DNA of 64,000 nucleotides. Source: Lama guanicoe. Taxonomy: Eukaryota. Below are positions 25,301-36,964 of the stretch, in pieces. A model generated the notes under the pieces. That model saw only the letters and a program-made list of their open reading frames with translations. It had not been told where the DNA came from and did no database searches. Both the position numbers and the translations under genes were made by a program. Numbering within the stretch: the stretch's first letter is position 1; the number at the start of each line of letters is the position of its first letter. The stretch lies in NCBI GenBank assembly GCA_013239625.1, contig MU054925.1, positions 34,513,538 through 34,577,537 on the forward strand. Reading direction: 5' to 3'.

Positions 25301-28300
25301 CACAGAACAAGAACTGGCTCACATGCCTTTGGCCGCAAACACCCCCACCCCCAGAGGCGACCATCTGGCTGCTGGTGGACGTGTTCCTGGGGGCCCCTCA
25401 AGGTCAACTCTCAGCCTTCTTTCTGCAGGTGGTGGGCTCCCAGGCGAGGATCCTGTACTCAGACCAGAAAGGCCGTGTGGCCATCGCTGTGGCCTTCAAC
25501 CAAGCCATTGCTCGGGGGGAGATCAAGGTGGCCTGTCCTGCGCTGTGGGGGGGCTCCCCTGGGCTCCTCGCCCCAGAGCCAGCCGGGGTCCCAGGAGGGA
25601 GGAGGCCTGCCCTCCAATCTGGGCTCTGACACGGTCCCTGCTTTGTGACTCTGGGCCGTCGGGTGCCCTCCCTGAGCCCCGTCTCAGAGAGGAGGCTCAC
25701 GTAACCTCTGCGTGTGGGAGGGGGCTTCCCCACAAGTGTTTCGTGCAGCTCTGTTGAACTGTGTCTGTCAAGCTGTGGCAGACTTCCCTGGCTTCTCCCC
25801 ATTTTCCTCCTGGTCGTCCCAGCCCACCTCGCTCACCGCGTGGGGCTGACGGGGCAGCATCTTCCTCCTCCCTCCCTCCCTTCCTTCCCTCCAGCCTCCT
25901 CTGCGCAGGGCTCGTTCTAACACTGGGCGCTGAGCAGAGGGCAGGGCAGACGGGTCCAGGTGGAGGGCGCTGTGGGCACACGGGCAGGGGTGTCCGTCCA
26001 GAGGCCCCGGCGTGACGAGCACACGGCAGCTCCCCGGACGTGGGGGCCGTGAGGGCCCGGGACCGCTGGTGCAGGTTGCAATCCCTGCGGCCCCGCCAGG
26101 CTGGGAGGTGTCCTGTCCTCTCTGGGCTGCAGGCTTCCTGTCTGTAAAGTAGGGATGACAGTGCGGGTGGGGTTGAGGACGCTCAGAGAGCCACACAGGG
26201 CCCCGGGGGGACGGTAAGTGCCCAGGTCCGTGCGTCTCTGAGGAGCCTGGGGGTGCTGGAAATGCCTGTGCTTCCCCCTCCCCGAAGGTCCGTTTTCCAG
26301 GGGGGACCCGGCAGGCGCCTGGCATGCACTGACCCTTGAGCTCCGCCCTGCGCGGGGCAGCACGTGGATGCTGTTGGCTGACCTCTGTGTCCTTCCCCAT
26401 GGCAGGCGCCTGTGGTGCTGAGCCGAGACCACCATGATGTCAGCGGCACCGACAGCCCGTTTAGGGAGACCTCCAACATTCATGACGGCTCTGCCTTCTG
26501 TGCGGGTGAGGGAGACAGCGAGGTTAAATGTTTCTGTGTTGGATTTGGGTTTTATTTAAAAATCAGTTGCTTCATTCATTCAGTCATGATGCTGTGGAAA
26601 AGGTGCTGGCATCCGGGGGGCGTGGCACAGGGTGACCAGCCCAGGACGGAGTGGGTTCTGGGGCGTGGGACTTGCAGTTGTAAACCGGGGAGGTGCCAGG
26701 CGGGCCCCGCAGGGCCACGCCCAGACTGGGTGCGCCTGGACCCTCACGCGCCGGGGGATGCTCAGGGTCCCGTCTGCGCAGAGGAGACGGCAGCAGCCCC
26801 TACCCCTCAGGGCTGTCGTGAAGAACGACGTGCGCTCTGCACGGCGTTACGTCTGCGCCTGCAGCCCGCGGTCGGCGAGGGGACCACTTCAGTCACCACA
26901 GGGCTGCTGCGTTCCGCTCGGGGGCCTTCTCATCCCCAGCCCTGGGGCTCCCCGCTGTGGGATGGGTCCCTGAGGGGAGGACCCTCAGGAGCACCGTCCA
27001 CATCGCTGCTTCCTGGCTCACGGACTCCACGGGCTCAGAGTCAGACTCCTGTGCTGTGTTCAGTGTCTGGGGTCAGCCGTGCTGCCGCTGGTCACTGGTG
27101 TCCTCTTTCTTTTCCTCGGTCAGTCTGGGCAGAAGTTTGTCAGTTTTGTTGATCTCGAAGAAGCAGCTTTTAGTTTAATTGAGTTTTTCTATTGTTTCCC
27201 TGCTTCCGAATTCATTGATTTCTGCTCTGACTTTAGCACGACCGCCTTCCTGTTCACTCTGGGTTTCATTTGCTGTTTCTTCTCCGGTTTCATGAGGTGG
27301 AAGCTGAGGTTACTGATTTTAAACCTTTTTTCTCTTCTAATAATAGTGTTTTAAGGCCATAAATTTCCCTCTAAGCACTCCTTTAGCTGCACTCAACAAC
27401 TTTTACATAATGTATTTTCATTTTCATTCAGCTTGAAATATTTTTAAACTTCTTTTGAGACATTCTCTTGGATCCATGGGTTATTTAGAAGGATCTTTTA
27501 ACATTTCCACGTTTGGGGAGATTTTTCAAACATCTTTCTGTTGCTGACTTTATTCATTCCTTTATAGTCTGAAAACATTCTGTTCTTTAAAATGTGTTAC
27601 GGGTTGTGTTGCGGCCAGAATGTGGTCCACCTGGGCACACTTGGGAGGAGGGTGTACTCCACTGTGTTTGGGCGGCTGCTCAAGTCCTGTTCCTGTCCTC
27701 CGGACCCTGCTGCCTGCCTGCCTGTCTGCCTGCTTGTCCGCGAACCCCTGAGAGATGGCGGTGATGGCCCCACTCTCCTTCGGGTCGTCTGCTCTCCTTT
27801 CAGCTCTTAGCCACCTTGCTGTGCGCGTTTTAAAGCTGTGCTGTCAGGTTGTGGTGTCTTCCTGGAGACCCGCCCTGCCCGTTGCTGCGGGATGTCCCTT
27901 TACCCTTGACGACCTGCTTGCTCGGACGCTCTCTGGCACTAACATAGTTCACATTTCTGTCCTGTGGCCACACACTTGGAGGCTGGAAACAGCACAGGTG
28001 TATTCCCTTGCGGCCCCGAAGCTCCAAAGCCTGGAATCAGTTTCTCAGGGCTTATGCTGAGCTGTGGACAGAGCTGTGGCGTCTCAGGAGGCTGCAGGGA
28101 GGACCCGTAGTGCGTCCCCAGGAGCCCTCCTCTTCTCCATGGGCACTGGCAGGGGTTTGGGGGTGGAGCTCGCAGCAGAGTGCCGACCCCTCCATCCCTG
28201 ATCCCTGTCCTGGGGCCTTGCATCTCGGGCCATCCCAGTCTGTCCTTGAGCGAGTCCTCAGATGCCTGAGGCTCAGGTCCACCTCCCACAGGCCCGGTAG

Positions 28301-31300
28301 TCACTGCCCTGGGACCTCAGTCCTCTGCTGGGGCCAAGAACGGCCGTTACTTTGTCCCTCGCCCTTTGTGGGTGTGTGTTCAGGGTGGCAGGGATGCTCT
28401 GTCATCTGAGATCAAACCGCCACCACGTCCCTTGGACGTCCTCTGTCGTCGTTCCTGTGGGCACTGTGCAGGCCCTCAGAGCTGAGGAGCAAGCGGCGCA
28501 GGTGGCAGTGGTGGTGGTCCGGCCCTCGTCCGGGGCTCCTGCTCGCTCAGCTCTGGAGACGGACGTTACTGCTGCTCCTAGAGTCGCCCTCCCTGGTTCC
28601 CGTCGGTCCTCAGGCCCTGCCGCTGCGCTCAGGGGCTGACGGGCTCTGATTCCGCAGACATGGCTGTGCAGAACTTCGTGGGAGATGCCTTCCGAGGAGC
28701 CACCTGGGTTGCTCTTCACAACGGCGGGGGTGTCGGCTGGTAAGAAGGTTCTGGGGACCCGGGGGTGTGGGCGGGGCTCACGAGGAATCTTGGGGGGTCC
28801 CCCGAGGGTCCTGGGCCTGCCTCTCCAAGCTCCCTCTGCTGATGGTGTCTCTGACGTGACTGGAGCTTTGGGGTCTCGCCTGTCGGGTGGGACACCGAGG
28901 CTGCTGTGGGTGCCAGAGCACAGCCTACCCGTCGTCTCCATGACGCGCCCACAGATGTTTCCTGGGAGACCTCAGGCTGGCCCGGCCCCGAGTTCTCACT
29001 CCGCCAGGGCCGCTGGGCTGGGAGGCGGGGACCCGGTTTCTGGGCTCTGCTCTGCTGGGCCTGTCTCCAGCCTGCGCCACGAGGTGGGTTTCTGGGAGAT
29101 TCTCTTCTGGGTCACAGTGCCGTCCCCTGTGGAGACATCCCTTAACTCTGCACCCAAGTCCGACGCGCGGGGTTTTCGACACCAGCTGGGTGTCCTGCAG
29201 TTCAACTCAGTTCTGACACTGTCGCCGGAGATGACACCCACTGGTGGAGGGCTCAGTCCCACAGACTGGCCCCCACCCCCACCTCCATTGCCCCCCACTT
29301 CTGACTCCAGTCGCAAGAAAGTCCACGGTGTCACCTGTGCTTCTGCCCGACTGGACCAGCCATCGCTCAGGGTTCCTGGGAACCCCTCCTCAGGGTCCAC
29401 TGATTTGCTAGAGCGGCTCACAGTTTGCAGGGAACCCGTTTACTCGTGAGATTACTGACTTATCAGGGAAGATACCAAAGGACATGAATCAACAGGCAGA
29501 TGAGGAGATATGTGGGGTGAGGACCCAAAGGAGCCCCTGACCTCGTGGAGTCCAGGCCCGGCCCGTGGCATTGGTCTGGTTCCCCAACCCGGAAGCCCCC
29601 CAGACCCGTACTTTGGGGGTTTGTGGGAGTTCCCTTACACGGGCACGAGTGACTGAATCGTTGGCTGACAGTGACTGACTCAGCGCCCCCGACCTCAGAA
29701 GGCCGGCTGGTCGCGCCGTGGACCCCGCTGGCGGCCAGCCCCGCCCCGCCCTCGGGTGAGTTCTGGAGGTCTCCTTAGCGCAACGGAAGACATTCGTACC
29801 CTGCTCATCGCAGGGAGTTCCGAGGGTCTTCGGAGCTCTGGGCCAGGGACGGGACGAAGACCAAATGTTTATCTCTTACTACAAATCACAATGTCACATT
29901 CACTGCGAAGAATAATGAATAATATTTACTGCAAGTGGACCATGTGGCAAGCATTTGCTAAACTCTTTGAATCCACTCTCTCACCTAATCTCGGGCAAGA
30001 AACACATTTAGTGACAAGGAAACCGAGACACCTGGCTGTGCCTGCGGGGGTCTCCTGGGGAGCTCTGGCCACTGCGGGTTCCTAGCCCCTCGCGGCAGCA
30101 AAGGGTGCCGCGGCTTCACAGAGGACAGATCCGCAGGCTGCCGGCCATCCCTGAACCTACCTCTGAGCCCGCTTTGGCCTGATCAGGCCCGGCCTTGTCC
30201 TCCAGAGCCAAGTCCAAAGCGATGCAGCCTCCGGGAGCGCCCTGTGGGCTGACTTGCCCTCAGGCCCTTCGAGGACGAATTTGGAGCCACCCAGTCACGT
30301 GGCCCTAATTAATGGAAAACGTGACCATGGATACACAGGCCGACAAAATCCAGACGGGGACAGTGCCTGGTTACTGGGCGCCAGGTGTCTCGGCACTGGG
30401 TTTGCTGAGTTGGTTCTGGAGGTGACAGAGTGACTCAGAAGGAGGGACCCAGCTGGGGGTGGAGCTGGATTTGGACCCAGACCCCTCGTGGCCCAGGATC
30501 CATGGCGTTGCTGATAGGACGCAGAGGGCCAGGCGGGGCGGAACCGAGCACCTGAGAGCGTGCAGGGCTGAGGACCCAGGCACATGGTCGCTGCTGGCTC
30601 TGCCCCCTGGCTCTGGGAGGGGGTGCAGCCCCCAGGCCGCCCCCAGGCTCTGACAGGCGCAGGTGGGGAGGTGCTGGCATAGGGCCCTTGTCCTGGCTGC
30701 CCTCGAGGGCTCCTTTGGGGAAGGACCCTATCAGACACGCACGTGTGTGTCTGAGCCCGTCAGACACTCCTGCAAGCCCCAAGGCGGGGTCAGTGGGAAA
30801 AGCGTCCCGTCCCGTGGCCTTTCTTCCTTCCAGCTCCAGCTGTATCTTTTGCTCTGTTGTACGGAAAAAGCACGTTCTCAGATGGGAGCTGCCTGACACT
30901 TCCTGACTCGCTTTCAGCTTTGACGCTGTTGGCTGGCTCCCGTTTCCGAGCTGATCGGGGTCAGCGGCGGGCCCCTCTCTGCTCCCGGAGCTGCCCTGTC
31001 TCCGCGGAGCTCCATTCTCATCGCATGCAGGCATCTGTCCTGTGCCGTCTGCCCGGCGGTCTCTGCTGTCTGCTCCCAGTTAGACAGGGCGCCCTTTGGA
31101 CTGTGGGCTGCAGAGCGGGGGAGTCGGGGGCCAGTCTGGTCTGGGGCAGGGTGGACAGCTCCGTCAAGCTGCTGTGGTCTCTGTCCGTCCAGTTCCAGGA
31201 GCTGCGTGGGGACAGGGCCGCCTGTGGGAGCTGAGGCTTACCCCCACTCCCTGTGTCGTCACCGTTGCTGTCACCCCCGGATCAAGCCCCAGGGCCCCGC

Positions 31301-34300
31301 GTGTGTGAGGAATCACTGCGTGTATCCGGCCCACGTCTTCCTCCAAACACGGACGTTCTCCCTCACTAGAGCCCATCCGGAGCTCGGACGTGCGCATTAA
31401 GATGCAGACTCCAACGGCAGGTTGGAGTAGGGGAGGTCCAGCATCCCTGCCCGGGCCCCCCTCCGCCTGCTGGGCACTCGGGCCCCCAGGGCAGTAGCAG
31501 CTCGCACAATCAGGAGTGTGGGTTTCGAGGCAGATCTGTCTACACAGTTGCGCTGAGCTTGTTTCTCAGAAACAAGTGGTCGTGATGACACTGTGCTCTG
31601 CAGGCTCGCGGTGAAGATTCAGTGAACTAGTTATAGTCGCCAGAGCTGCCGTCGTGCACGACGTGTGGGTGGGTGTTTCCTGAGACGCTGACACGTCAGC
31701 TCACCTCTGCGCCTCCACGGTCGCATCCGAGAGGCCGCCGCACCCGGGTCCGCCGCGCACGGGGACTGGGGGAGGCCTGGCCCACCTGTGGGCGAGCCCT
31801 CCACCCGTCACTTAGGAAGGAGCCGGGATGGGTCCCCCGCTGGCACTGTCCCTGAGCTGCGCGCTCCTTCTCTGTTCATCCTAGGATTTGGTGCTTCCTT
31901 CGTTGGCACGTCTTGCACTGACCCTTGCCACCTGGGAGGTGGGGTTCTGCTTCTGTGTTCTTCTCAGCGGACGGTTCGCTGTCCCGCCCCTTCTGGGAGT
32001 TGCCCCTCACCTGCTGCTCAGTCGCAGTCCTCACCCTCTTCCTGGCCTCAGGGCTCCTCCTGGCAGGGTTTGCAGGGTCACCTGGAGCTGAGCGCTTTGG
32101 CTCTCTGACCATCTGGGATTCAGGTTCCCAAAATAAACGATGTCATCCTAATCTCCAAAAGAGCCCCCTGGTCAGAGGACACGTCGGGGCCCTTACTTGG
32201 CCACTGTGGCTGCCGCCTGCTTTCCCACCTGCTACTCAGCACCAGCCCCCGACAGGTGAATGGTGACCTTAACTCTGCCGGGAGCCTCCTCCACCCCAAG
32301 GCTGCGGGACTGCTGGGAGCTCAGCTGCAGGGCCATGGGCCGGGAGTCCTTACCTCCTGGTGGGAGCTGGCTGGAGTTGTCAGTGGGGTCCGGCCGGGCA
32401 GAGAAGCAGGTGAGGCAGGACGGCCCTGAAGGGTCAGAGTTGAGGGAGACGAGGACGCTGCGGGTGTGGGACCACGGGGAGGGGCTGGGAGTGGATGCCG
32501 GGGTCCCAGGGGTTGGTGTTTGGCAGTGACGCCTGGCAGGTGCTGACCGGATCAAAGGCGTTTCCCGTGTGTGTGACCAAAGGGGGCTGGGGTCAGGGAC
32601 GTGTGCTGGGCAGGGGCTGTGCCCACGTCCAGCAGGAGCCATGTCCAGCAGAAGGGTGAGGACGGATCTGGGGTGCTGGGGGGAGAGATTCCCCCCGCGG
32701 ATGGACAAGAACCGCAGGGCCAGCAGTGGGGGGACCAGCGCCTGCAAGCCCAGGTGAGACACGAATGACGCCTGCTCAGACACGAGTGGCCGGTAGAGGA
32801 GGCCGTCCAAGAAATGGGTTCACTAGGAAAGAAGAAGTACTGAAAACAAAGGGACTCGGCCCCCAAGTCATCAGGACCCCAAAATACGCCTAAAGCGATC
32901 AGGAAGAGGAATGAGGCGGACAAAGAGCTCAGAGGATGGCAGGAGGGGAGCTGCCGGAGCAGGACCCCCGGGGTTCCTGGCGTCTGCGCAGGGAGAAGGT
33001 GGCCCCATCCCCCCAGGGGCAGCACGTAGCGGCCCTGAAGGTGGACGTGGGGGCCGCAGGGTGAAGCGCGAAGGCGCGGGGACCAACGGAGCCCTCTTCC
33101 CGGATGTGCCTGCCCCTCGCAGGGTCAGGACCCGGGAGTGACCCGGAAACGCTTTGCCTCTCGCAGGGGAGAGGTGATCAACGGGGGATTTGGCCTCGTG
33201 CTGGACGGGACCCTGGAGGCCGAGCAGAAGGCCAAGATGGTGCTCAGCTGGGACGTCTCCAACGGAGTGAGTGTCTCCAGGCCCCCACCCCTCTCCCCAT
33301 GGCTGGCACTGCCCCTCCAGACTGTGGACCCGGGATGCCCACCCAGGAAGCAGACTGGCATCCTCCTCCCCAGCCTCTGCCAGGGCTCCCTGCTCACCAG
33401 ATGCCCCCGCTCACCTGGGCTGTTTCCAGTCCAGCCTCTGTCCGCATGGGGGTCCCGGCGGTGAGACCCTTCCCCCACCCCCACCTCCCTGTAAGATGCC
33501 ATCTTCCCCCAGGCTCTGAAGGCAGGCAGAGCGCACAGCGTCTTGAGCTGGTACAGCTGTGATCTGCTTTCTGCAGCACAATCGTGTGTGCGGGTGTGTG
33601 TGTGCGTGCATCCGCGTGCAGGGGGTGTGTGTGCGTTCGGGTGTGTGTGTGTGCCCGCGTGCGGGAGTGTGTGTGCGTTCAGGTGTGTGTGTGTGCGGGT
33701 GTGTGCGTGCGTGCGTGTGTGTGTGTGTCTTGCTGGGGTTCCGTCCCTCTTGGTGACCACGTCACAGGCCGGAAGGGGGAAGTAGTGCAGACGGGACGCC
33801 AGGTGGTGACTGGGGCGGGTACGTGCAGACATGAGTGACACGGGGCTGGGGCTTGGGGAGCCCAATGCGAGGGCCAAGGAGTTAGACGTTGGGTGGCCCA
33901 GGGGTTAAGCCTGAGAGTAGGGGCTGAAGGGTCCCCTGGGGGGCTGACTCCCAGGGAGCCCCCAGCAGAGGGGTGGTTTTTGTGTTGAAGGCAGTGTGGC
34001 AGTGAGGGAATGAGTGGGGAAGGTTTGGGGGTGCTAGCAGGAATGTAGCAGGAGGCGGGGAGGTGCCAAGGCCACTGTCCAGGGTAGCCCTGATGACGCT
34101 GGACCGGACGGAGAGAAAGAAGTGGGAGGGAGAGAGATCTGAAGGCAGAGCTGAGATCCGTGTGCTCCGAAGATGAGGATGACATAGGGGGCTCGGCCTG
34201 GAGGTGGGGGGGCTTAGCCTGGAGGTGAGGAGGCTTGGCAGAGGGAGGCCAGAGTCAGATCAGGGGCCGAGAGAGGAGGTGGGGGGCAAACACTGGCAGA

Positions 34301-34520
34301 GGTCCGCACCAGGAGGCGCCTGGCCATAAGGGTCCAGGCCGCCCTGTGGGAACCAGCGGTGTCCCCGCCCTGCCGGCAGGTGGCCCGCCGCTGTTGGTCC
34401 GGGAACCAGAAGGCCCATGAGACCATCTGCCGGACAATGGAGGAGATCAGGGGCCTGGTGGTGACACTGCCCCACGAGGTGGCCGATGAGCGTGTGCTCC
34501 AGCAGGCCCTGCGGCCGTGA
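7264..34520 (+). CDS. UROC1: Urocanate hydratase 1 (urocanase), complete 20-exon gene, 676 aa
   Basis: Join 7264-7389,13874-14004,14657-14750,15687-15746,16009-16137,16239-16300,18979-19045,19123-19266,19440-19528,20048-20110,20416-20595,21119-21216,21852-21924,23050-23171,24650-24720,25429-25527,26406-26505,28658-28739,33167-33266,34380-34520. All introns are GT-AG, phases are consistent, and the total is 2031 nt. Urocanase motifs present: YGQMTAGS, GLGGMSGAQ, SDQTSCHN, FWDYGN, GFGPFRW, RDHHDVSGTDSPFRETS, HNGGGVG. Confidence 0.98.
8321..8950 (+). mobile_element. MER21-family-like solo LTR, degenerate, in UROC1 intron 1
   Basis: Contains ctcctaaatc..ttggaatttcctggg..., gattagaagttggaact, gagaggggctgga, atcaatcat and an internal aataaa. 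It is homologous to the copies at 29128-29898 (-) and 36441-36950 (+). Family assigned from recalled consensus. Confidence 0.6.
10665..11275 (-). mobile_element. MLT1-like (MaLR) solo LTR, interrupted
   Basis: cccatctcaaaatccttac...cacatctgcaaagtc...ttcacaggtccc...gtggacatctttgggggcc matches the reverse complement of the MLT1 5' end. Confidence 0.65.
13874..14004 (+). CDS. UROC1: UROC1 exon 2
   Basis: cag | LALRNALRYFPPDIQELLAPEFAQELRLYGHIYMYRFCPDMEM(R) | gtgggt. Confidence 0.95.
14657..14750 (+). CDS. UROC1: UROC1 exon 3
   Basis: AYPVEQYPCRTRAAAAIMHMVMNNLDPAVAQ | gtaaca. Confidence 0.95.
15687..15746 (+). CDS. UROC1: UROC1 exon 4
   Basis: FPQELVTYGGNGQVFSNWAQ | gtgcgc. Confidence 0.95.
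16009..16137 (+). CDS. UROC1: UROC1 exon 5
   Basis: FWLTMTYLAQMTEEQTLVMYSGHPLGLFPSSPGAPRLVISNGM | gtgggt. Confidence 0.95.
16239..16300 (+). CDS. UROC1: UROC1 exon 6
   Basis: VIPNYSSRTEYEKLFAMGVT(M) | gtaagt. Confidence 0.95.
18979..19045 (+). CDS. UROC1: UROC1 exon 7
   Basis: YGQMTAGSYCYIGPQGIVHGTV | gtgagg. Confidence 0.95.
19123..19266 (+). CDS. UROC1: UROC1 exon 8
   Basis: LTVLNAGRRYLGVQDLAGKVFVSSGLGGMSGAQAKAAVIVGCIGVVAE (contains the NAD-binding glycine-rich loop). Confidence 0.95.
19440..19528 (+). CDS. UROC1: UROC1 exon 9
   Basis: VDRAALMKRHEQGWLMEVTDSLDGCIERL(R) | gtacag. Confidence 0.95.
20048..20110 (+). CDS. UROC1: UROC1 exon 10
   Basis: EARKRKEVLSLGYHGNVVDL(W) | gtaagt. Confidence 0.95.
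20416..20595 (+). CDS. UROC1: UROC1 exon 11
   Basis: ERLVYELDMTGELLVDLGSDQTSCHNPFNGGYYPVQLSFAEAQSLMASDPVAFKCLVQE(S). Confidence 0.95.
21119..21216 (+). CDS. UROC1: UROC1 exon 12
   Basis: LRRHVAAINRLAKENFFFWDYGNAFLLEAQRA(G) | gtgaga. Confidence 0.95.
21852..21924 (+). CDS. UROC1: UROC1 exon 13
   Basis: ADVGKVGANKTEFRYPSYVQHIM(G) | gtaagt. Confidence 0.95.
23050..23171 (+). CDS. UROC1: UROC1 exon 14
   Basis: DIFSQGFGPFRWVCTSGDPQDLAVTDQLATSVLEEAIAGG(V) | gtgagg. Confidence 0.95.
24650..24720 (+). CDS. UROC1: UROC1 exon 15
   Basis: DPAVKLQYMDNIRWVREAAKHRL | gtgagg. Confidence 0.95.
25429..25527 (+). CDS. UROC1: UROC1 exon 16
   Basis: VVGSQARILYSDQKGRVAIAVAFNQAIARGEIK | gtggcc. Confidence 0.93.
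26406..26505 (+). CDS. UROC1: UROC1 exon 17
   Basis: APVVLSRDHHDVSGTDSPFRETSNIHDGSAFCA(D) | gtgagg. Confidence 0.95.
27095..27610 (-). mobile_element. Old LINE-1 (L1M) fragment
   Basis: T-rich block with typical antisense L1 ORF2 phrases (aaatttccctctaagcact..ctttagctgca, tgtattttcattttcattcag, gggttatttagaag). Confidence 0.7.
28658..28739 (+). CDS. UROC1: UROC1 exon 18
   Basis: MAVQNFVGDAFRGATWVALHNGGGVG(W) | gtaaga. Confidence 0.95.
29128..29898 (-). mobile_element. MER21-family-like solo LTR in UROC1 intron 18
   Basis: TG...CA ends. cagctgggtgtcctgcagttcaactcagttctgacactgtc is the reverse complement of the motif near 8860. The right end, read as reverse complement, matches the start of the copy at 36441. 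Confidence 0.65.
33167..33266 (+). CDS. UROC1: UROC1 exon 19
   Basis: GEVINGGFGLVLDGTLEAEQKAKMVLSWDVSNG | gtgagt. Confidence 0.95.
33584..33729 (+). repeat. Imperfect (GT)n/(GC) microsatellite in UROC1 intron 19
   Basis: gtgtgtgcgggtgtgtgtgtgcgtgc...gtgtgtgtgtgtgt. Confidence 0.9.
34380..34520 (+). CDS. UROC1: UROC1 exon 20 (last coding exon)
   Basis: VARRCWSGNQKAHETICRTMEEIRGLVVTLPHEVADERVLQQALRP-TGA. Confidence 0.95.
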   Translation: MARRCWSGNQKAHETICRTMEEIRGLVVTLPHEVADERVLQQALRP

Positions 34521-35249
34521 GGGGGGCTGAGAGCCACCCATCCTCACCGACAACCACACCACACCTGCTGCTGCCCACTGCCCTGATCCGGGCCCATCAC
34601 CCTCAGGGAGGGCCACCACGTCCCGTCCCCGTTTGAAGACGGATCGGCTGAGGCCAGACTGGCGGGCCCTCTGCATCACCGCGCAGCTCTGCTGGGGGCC
34701 TGGGAGGCCGTGAGGCTCTTGCTCAGGGCGGGCGCCTGGCTCCAGGTGCTCCTGCGGTGAACCCTGGCTGAGCTGGGCACCGCCTCCCTCCAAGGGGCAG
34801 GATTTCCTTCGGTCAGGTTCTCATTCAGCCGCTGCCTTCCTTCCGTGTGCCTAGGGCCTCCAGGGAACTAGGCGGAGGCTGCCCCCCACCCCTGTGCTGC
34901 TGTCCACGCGGGGTCGCCATGACCTTGTTGTGCAGAGCGCCCTGCTGTGACCTGCCCCTCACTCTCGTTAGTTCCCAGCCTCAGCAGAGCCCCAGCCGGG
35001 CCCACATCAGGCCTAAAAATGACTCAGCCTCAACAAAGAATTGAGAAAGAGTTCAGGGGACGGGTCTCTAAGGAGCCACAGAAAACTTGACACCCCTCCC
35101 CTCCCCATCCCGTGGGGGGCTGAGTCCTCAACCATCACACTACTCGCCTCCTCCCCAGTGGCCATTCCGCCTTCTCTCGAACTAACCAAACCCCGGTGTT
35201 GTCTGGGCAGCAATGTGCACAGTAGAAAGTGGTCCTCGGTGAGACCCTG

Positions 35250-35255
35250 AATAAA
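35250..35255 (+). terminator. Candidate UROC1 polyadenylation signal AATAAA
   Basis: First AATAAA I found after the stop codon, about 730 nt downstream. Confidence 0.6.
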
Positions 35256-35964
35256 CCTGGCTCACAGCTCTTACAATGTGAAGTTTTCCCGCCAGTTGAT
35301 AAGGGATGGAACAGTGTGGCTGCTCAGCGTGTCCAGCTCAGTCTTATTTTTCAAGAAAGCAGAGACTTGCAGTCCACTGAGAAATGTTTTCATCACGATT
35401 GTCAAGATAGAACCAGCTGGCCCCGACGGGTGCAGGCTTGGCGGCCTTGCAGGCCGCAGGCTGTGAAGGTCTCAGAGCCTCTCCCAGGGCAGCTTCTGCT
35501 CTCTGGGAACCCGAAACTGCCCGGCCCCACAGGCTTTCCTCGCCGGCCAGCCCGGGCCAGTGCGGGGGCTCAGCGGAGCAACGAGCTCCCTGGCCTTGGG
35601 CTTTCCGAGGGGCCCCTATCCTGGGGGCCAGGGCTGGGCTTGACCTACTGTTGGGTTTTCTTTGGCCTGCCCTCTTTAAAAAGTTTTTGACTTTGTCACC
35701 AGTTTTTACAGAATGGGAGATTGCACTTAAAAATCCAAATTTTGAGTAATTCAAAGCAATCAGAAGATTAGGCCACACGTGCACTCCTGGCCCCTCGGGC
35801 TTGCTTTTTCCATTTGCCACAGTCCCCACCCATCTCTACTGTCCTCCAGGGCAAGGCCAGGTGTGTTTGCTGTTTATTCTTGGGCATGAGCTGCTGCTTC
35901 TTCCTCCTGCCTGCTCCTCCCTTTTGTGTGACCTGCATGGCCTCTGCTCGGACTTGAATCTGTG

Positions 35965-36410
35965 TCTGCACTGGGGTTCTCCAGAGAAGCCACAGCAGAT
36001 GCATGCAAATATACATCCATGTGTTGTAATACAGGCAGGGATCTGCCTACAGATGGACATAGACACTGTGTATGTCACGCCCGCTGGAGACCCAGGAAAG
36101 CTGGTGGGGGAGGTGCGGGGGTCAACTCAGTCTGAGACGGAGGCCTGAGAACCAGGGGAGCTGGTTTAAGTCCCAGTCCAGGGCAGGAGGAGGTGAGATG
36201 CCCCAGCTCAACCAGTGAGGCAGGAAAAGGGGCAGATTCCTCCTTCCTCCACCTTGAGGGGACCTCGACTTCCTGCACGATGCCTGCCACCTACTTTGGA
36301 GAGCGCCTTCTGCCTTACGACGTACTCCCATTCACAGTCTCACCTGGAAACCCCTCACAGACACACCCAAAGGCCCAACCCATGTGACGTGTAAAATTGA
36401 CCACCACGGG
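35965..36410. mobile_element. MLT2-like (ERVL) LTR remnant
   Basis: Contains gggttctccagaga..., ggagacccaggaaagctggtgg, ggcctgagaacc, cctcacagacacacccaaa and aaaattgaccaccac, recalled as MLT2-like. Confidence 0.55.
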
Positions 36411-36440
36411 GACCCTTGATGGAGGGGTCTCCTTTAACTC

Positions 36441-36950
36441 TGTGATGTAATAATTTACAGAAAGAAATATTTGGTCTTCCTCCCTGGTTCTGGAAGAGCT
36501 CCTAAAACTGTTAGCATTTCCTAAGTGATAAGAGAGTGATAAGAGTGTTTCCATGTAACAAGGCCCTTTTGGCCACACCTGAATTTATTTTAGTAAGGTG
36601 AATCTTGTGCCTCGCTGAGGACAGGGGCTGGTTGCCTGGGGTCGGGGTGGGGGACAACCAGCCTTGTGACCAGAAGACTGGAACTTTCAGTTTCCCCACC
36701 CTCTGACCGCCAGGGAGGAAAGAGGGGCTGGTGGTCTAATCAATCACAAATGGCCAGTGATGTATCAATCATGCCCTTATAACAAAGCTGCCATAAAAAC
36801 CCAAAAGGAGAGATTCTGGGTTGGTGAACTCGGGGAGATCTGGGGGCAGTGGCACACACGCAGTGCAGATGCTCCGAGTCCTTCCCACAAGCCTTGCCCG
36901 CTGCCCTCTTGCACTGGCTGTTCTTGAGTTGCTGCTCTTTGACCCAGAAG
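36441..36950 (+). mobile_element. MER21-family-like LTR, truncated at the adjacent L1
   Basis: tgtgatgtaataat...atttggtct...gagctcctaaaac...atttcctaagtgataagag...gaggggctgg...atcaatcatgcc; homologous to the 8321 copy. Confidence 0.6.
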
Positions 36951-36964
36951 AGGTTTCTTTTTGA

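Noticed and set aside
7264-34520. UROC1 pseudogenisation, or a bacterial hutU transfer
   Set aside because: All 20 exons are in frame with canonical splice sites and give the human-length 676 aa; this is an ordinary vertebrate gene structure.
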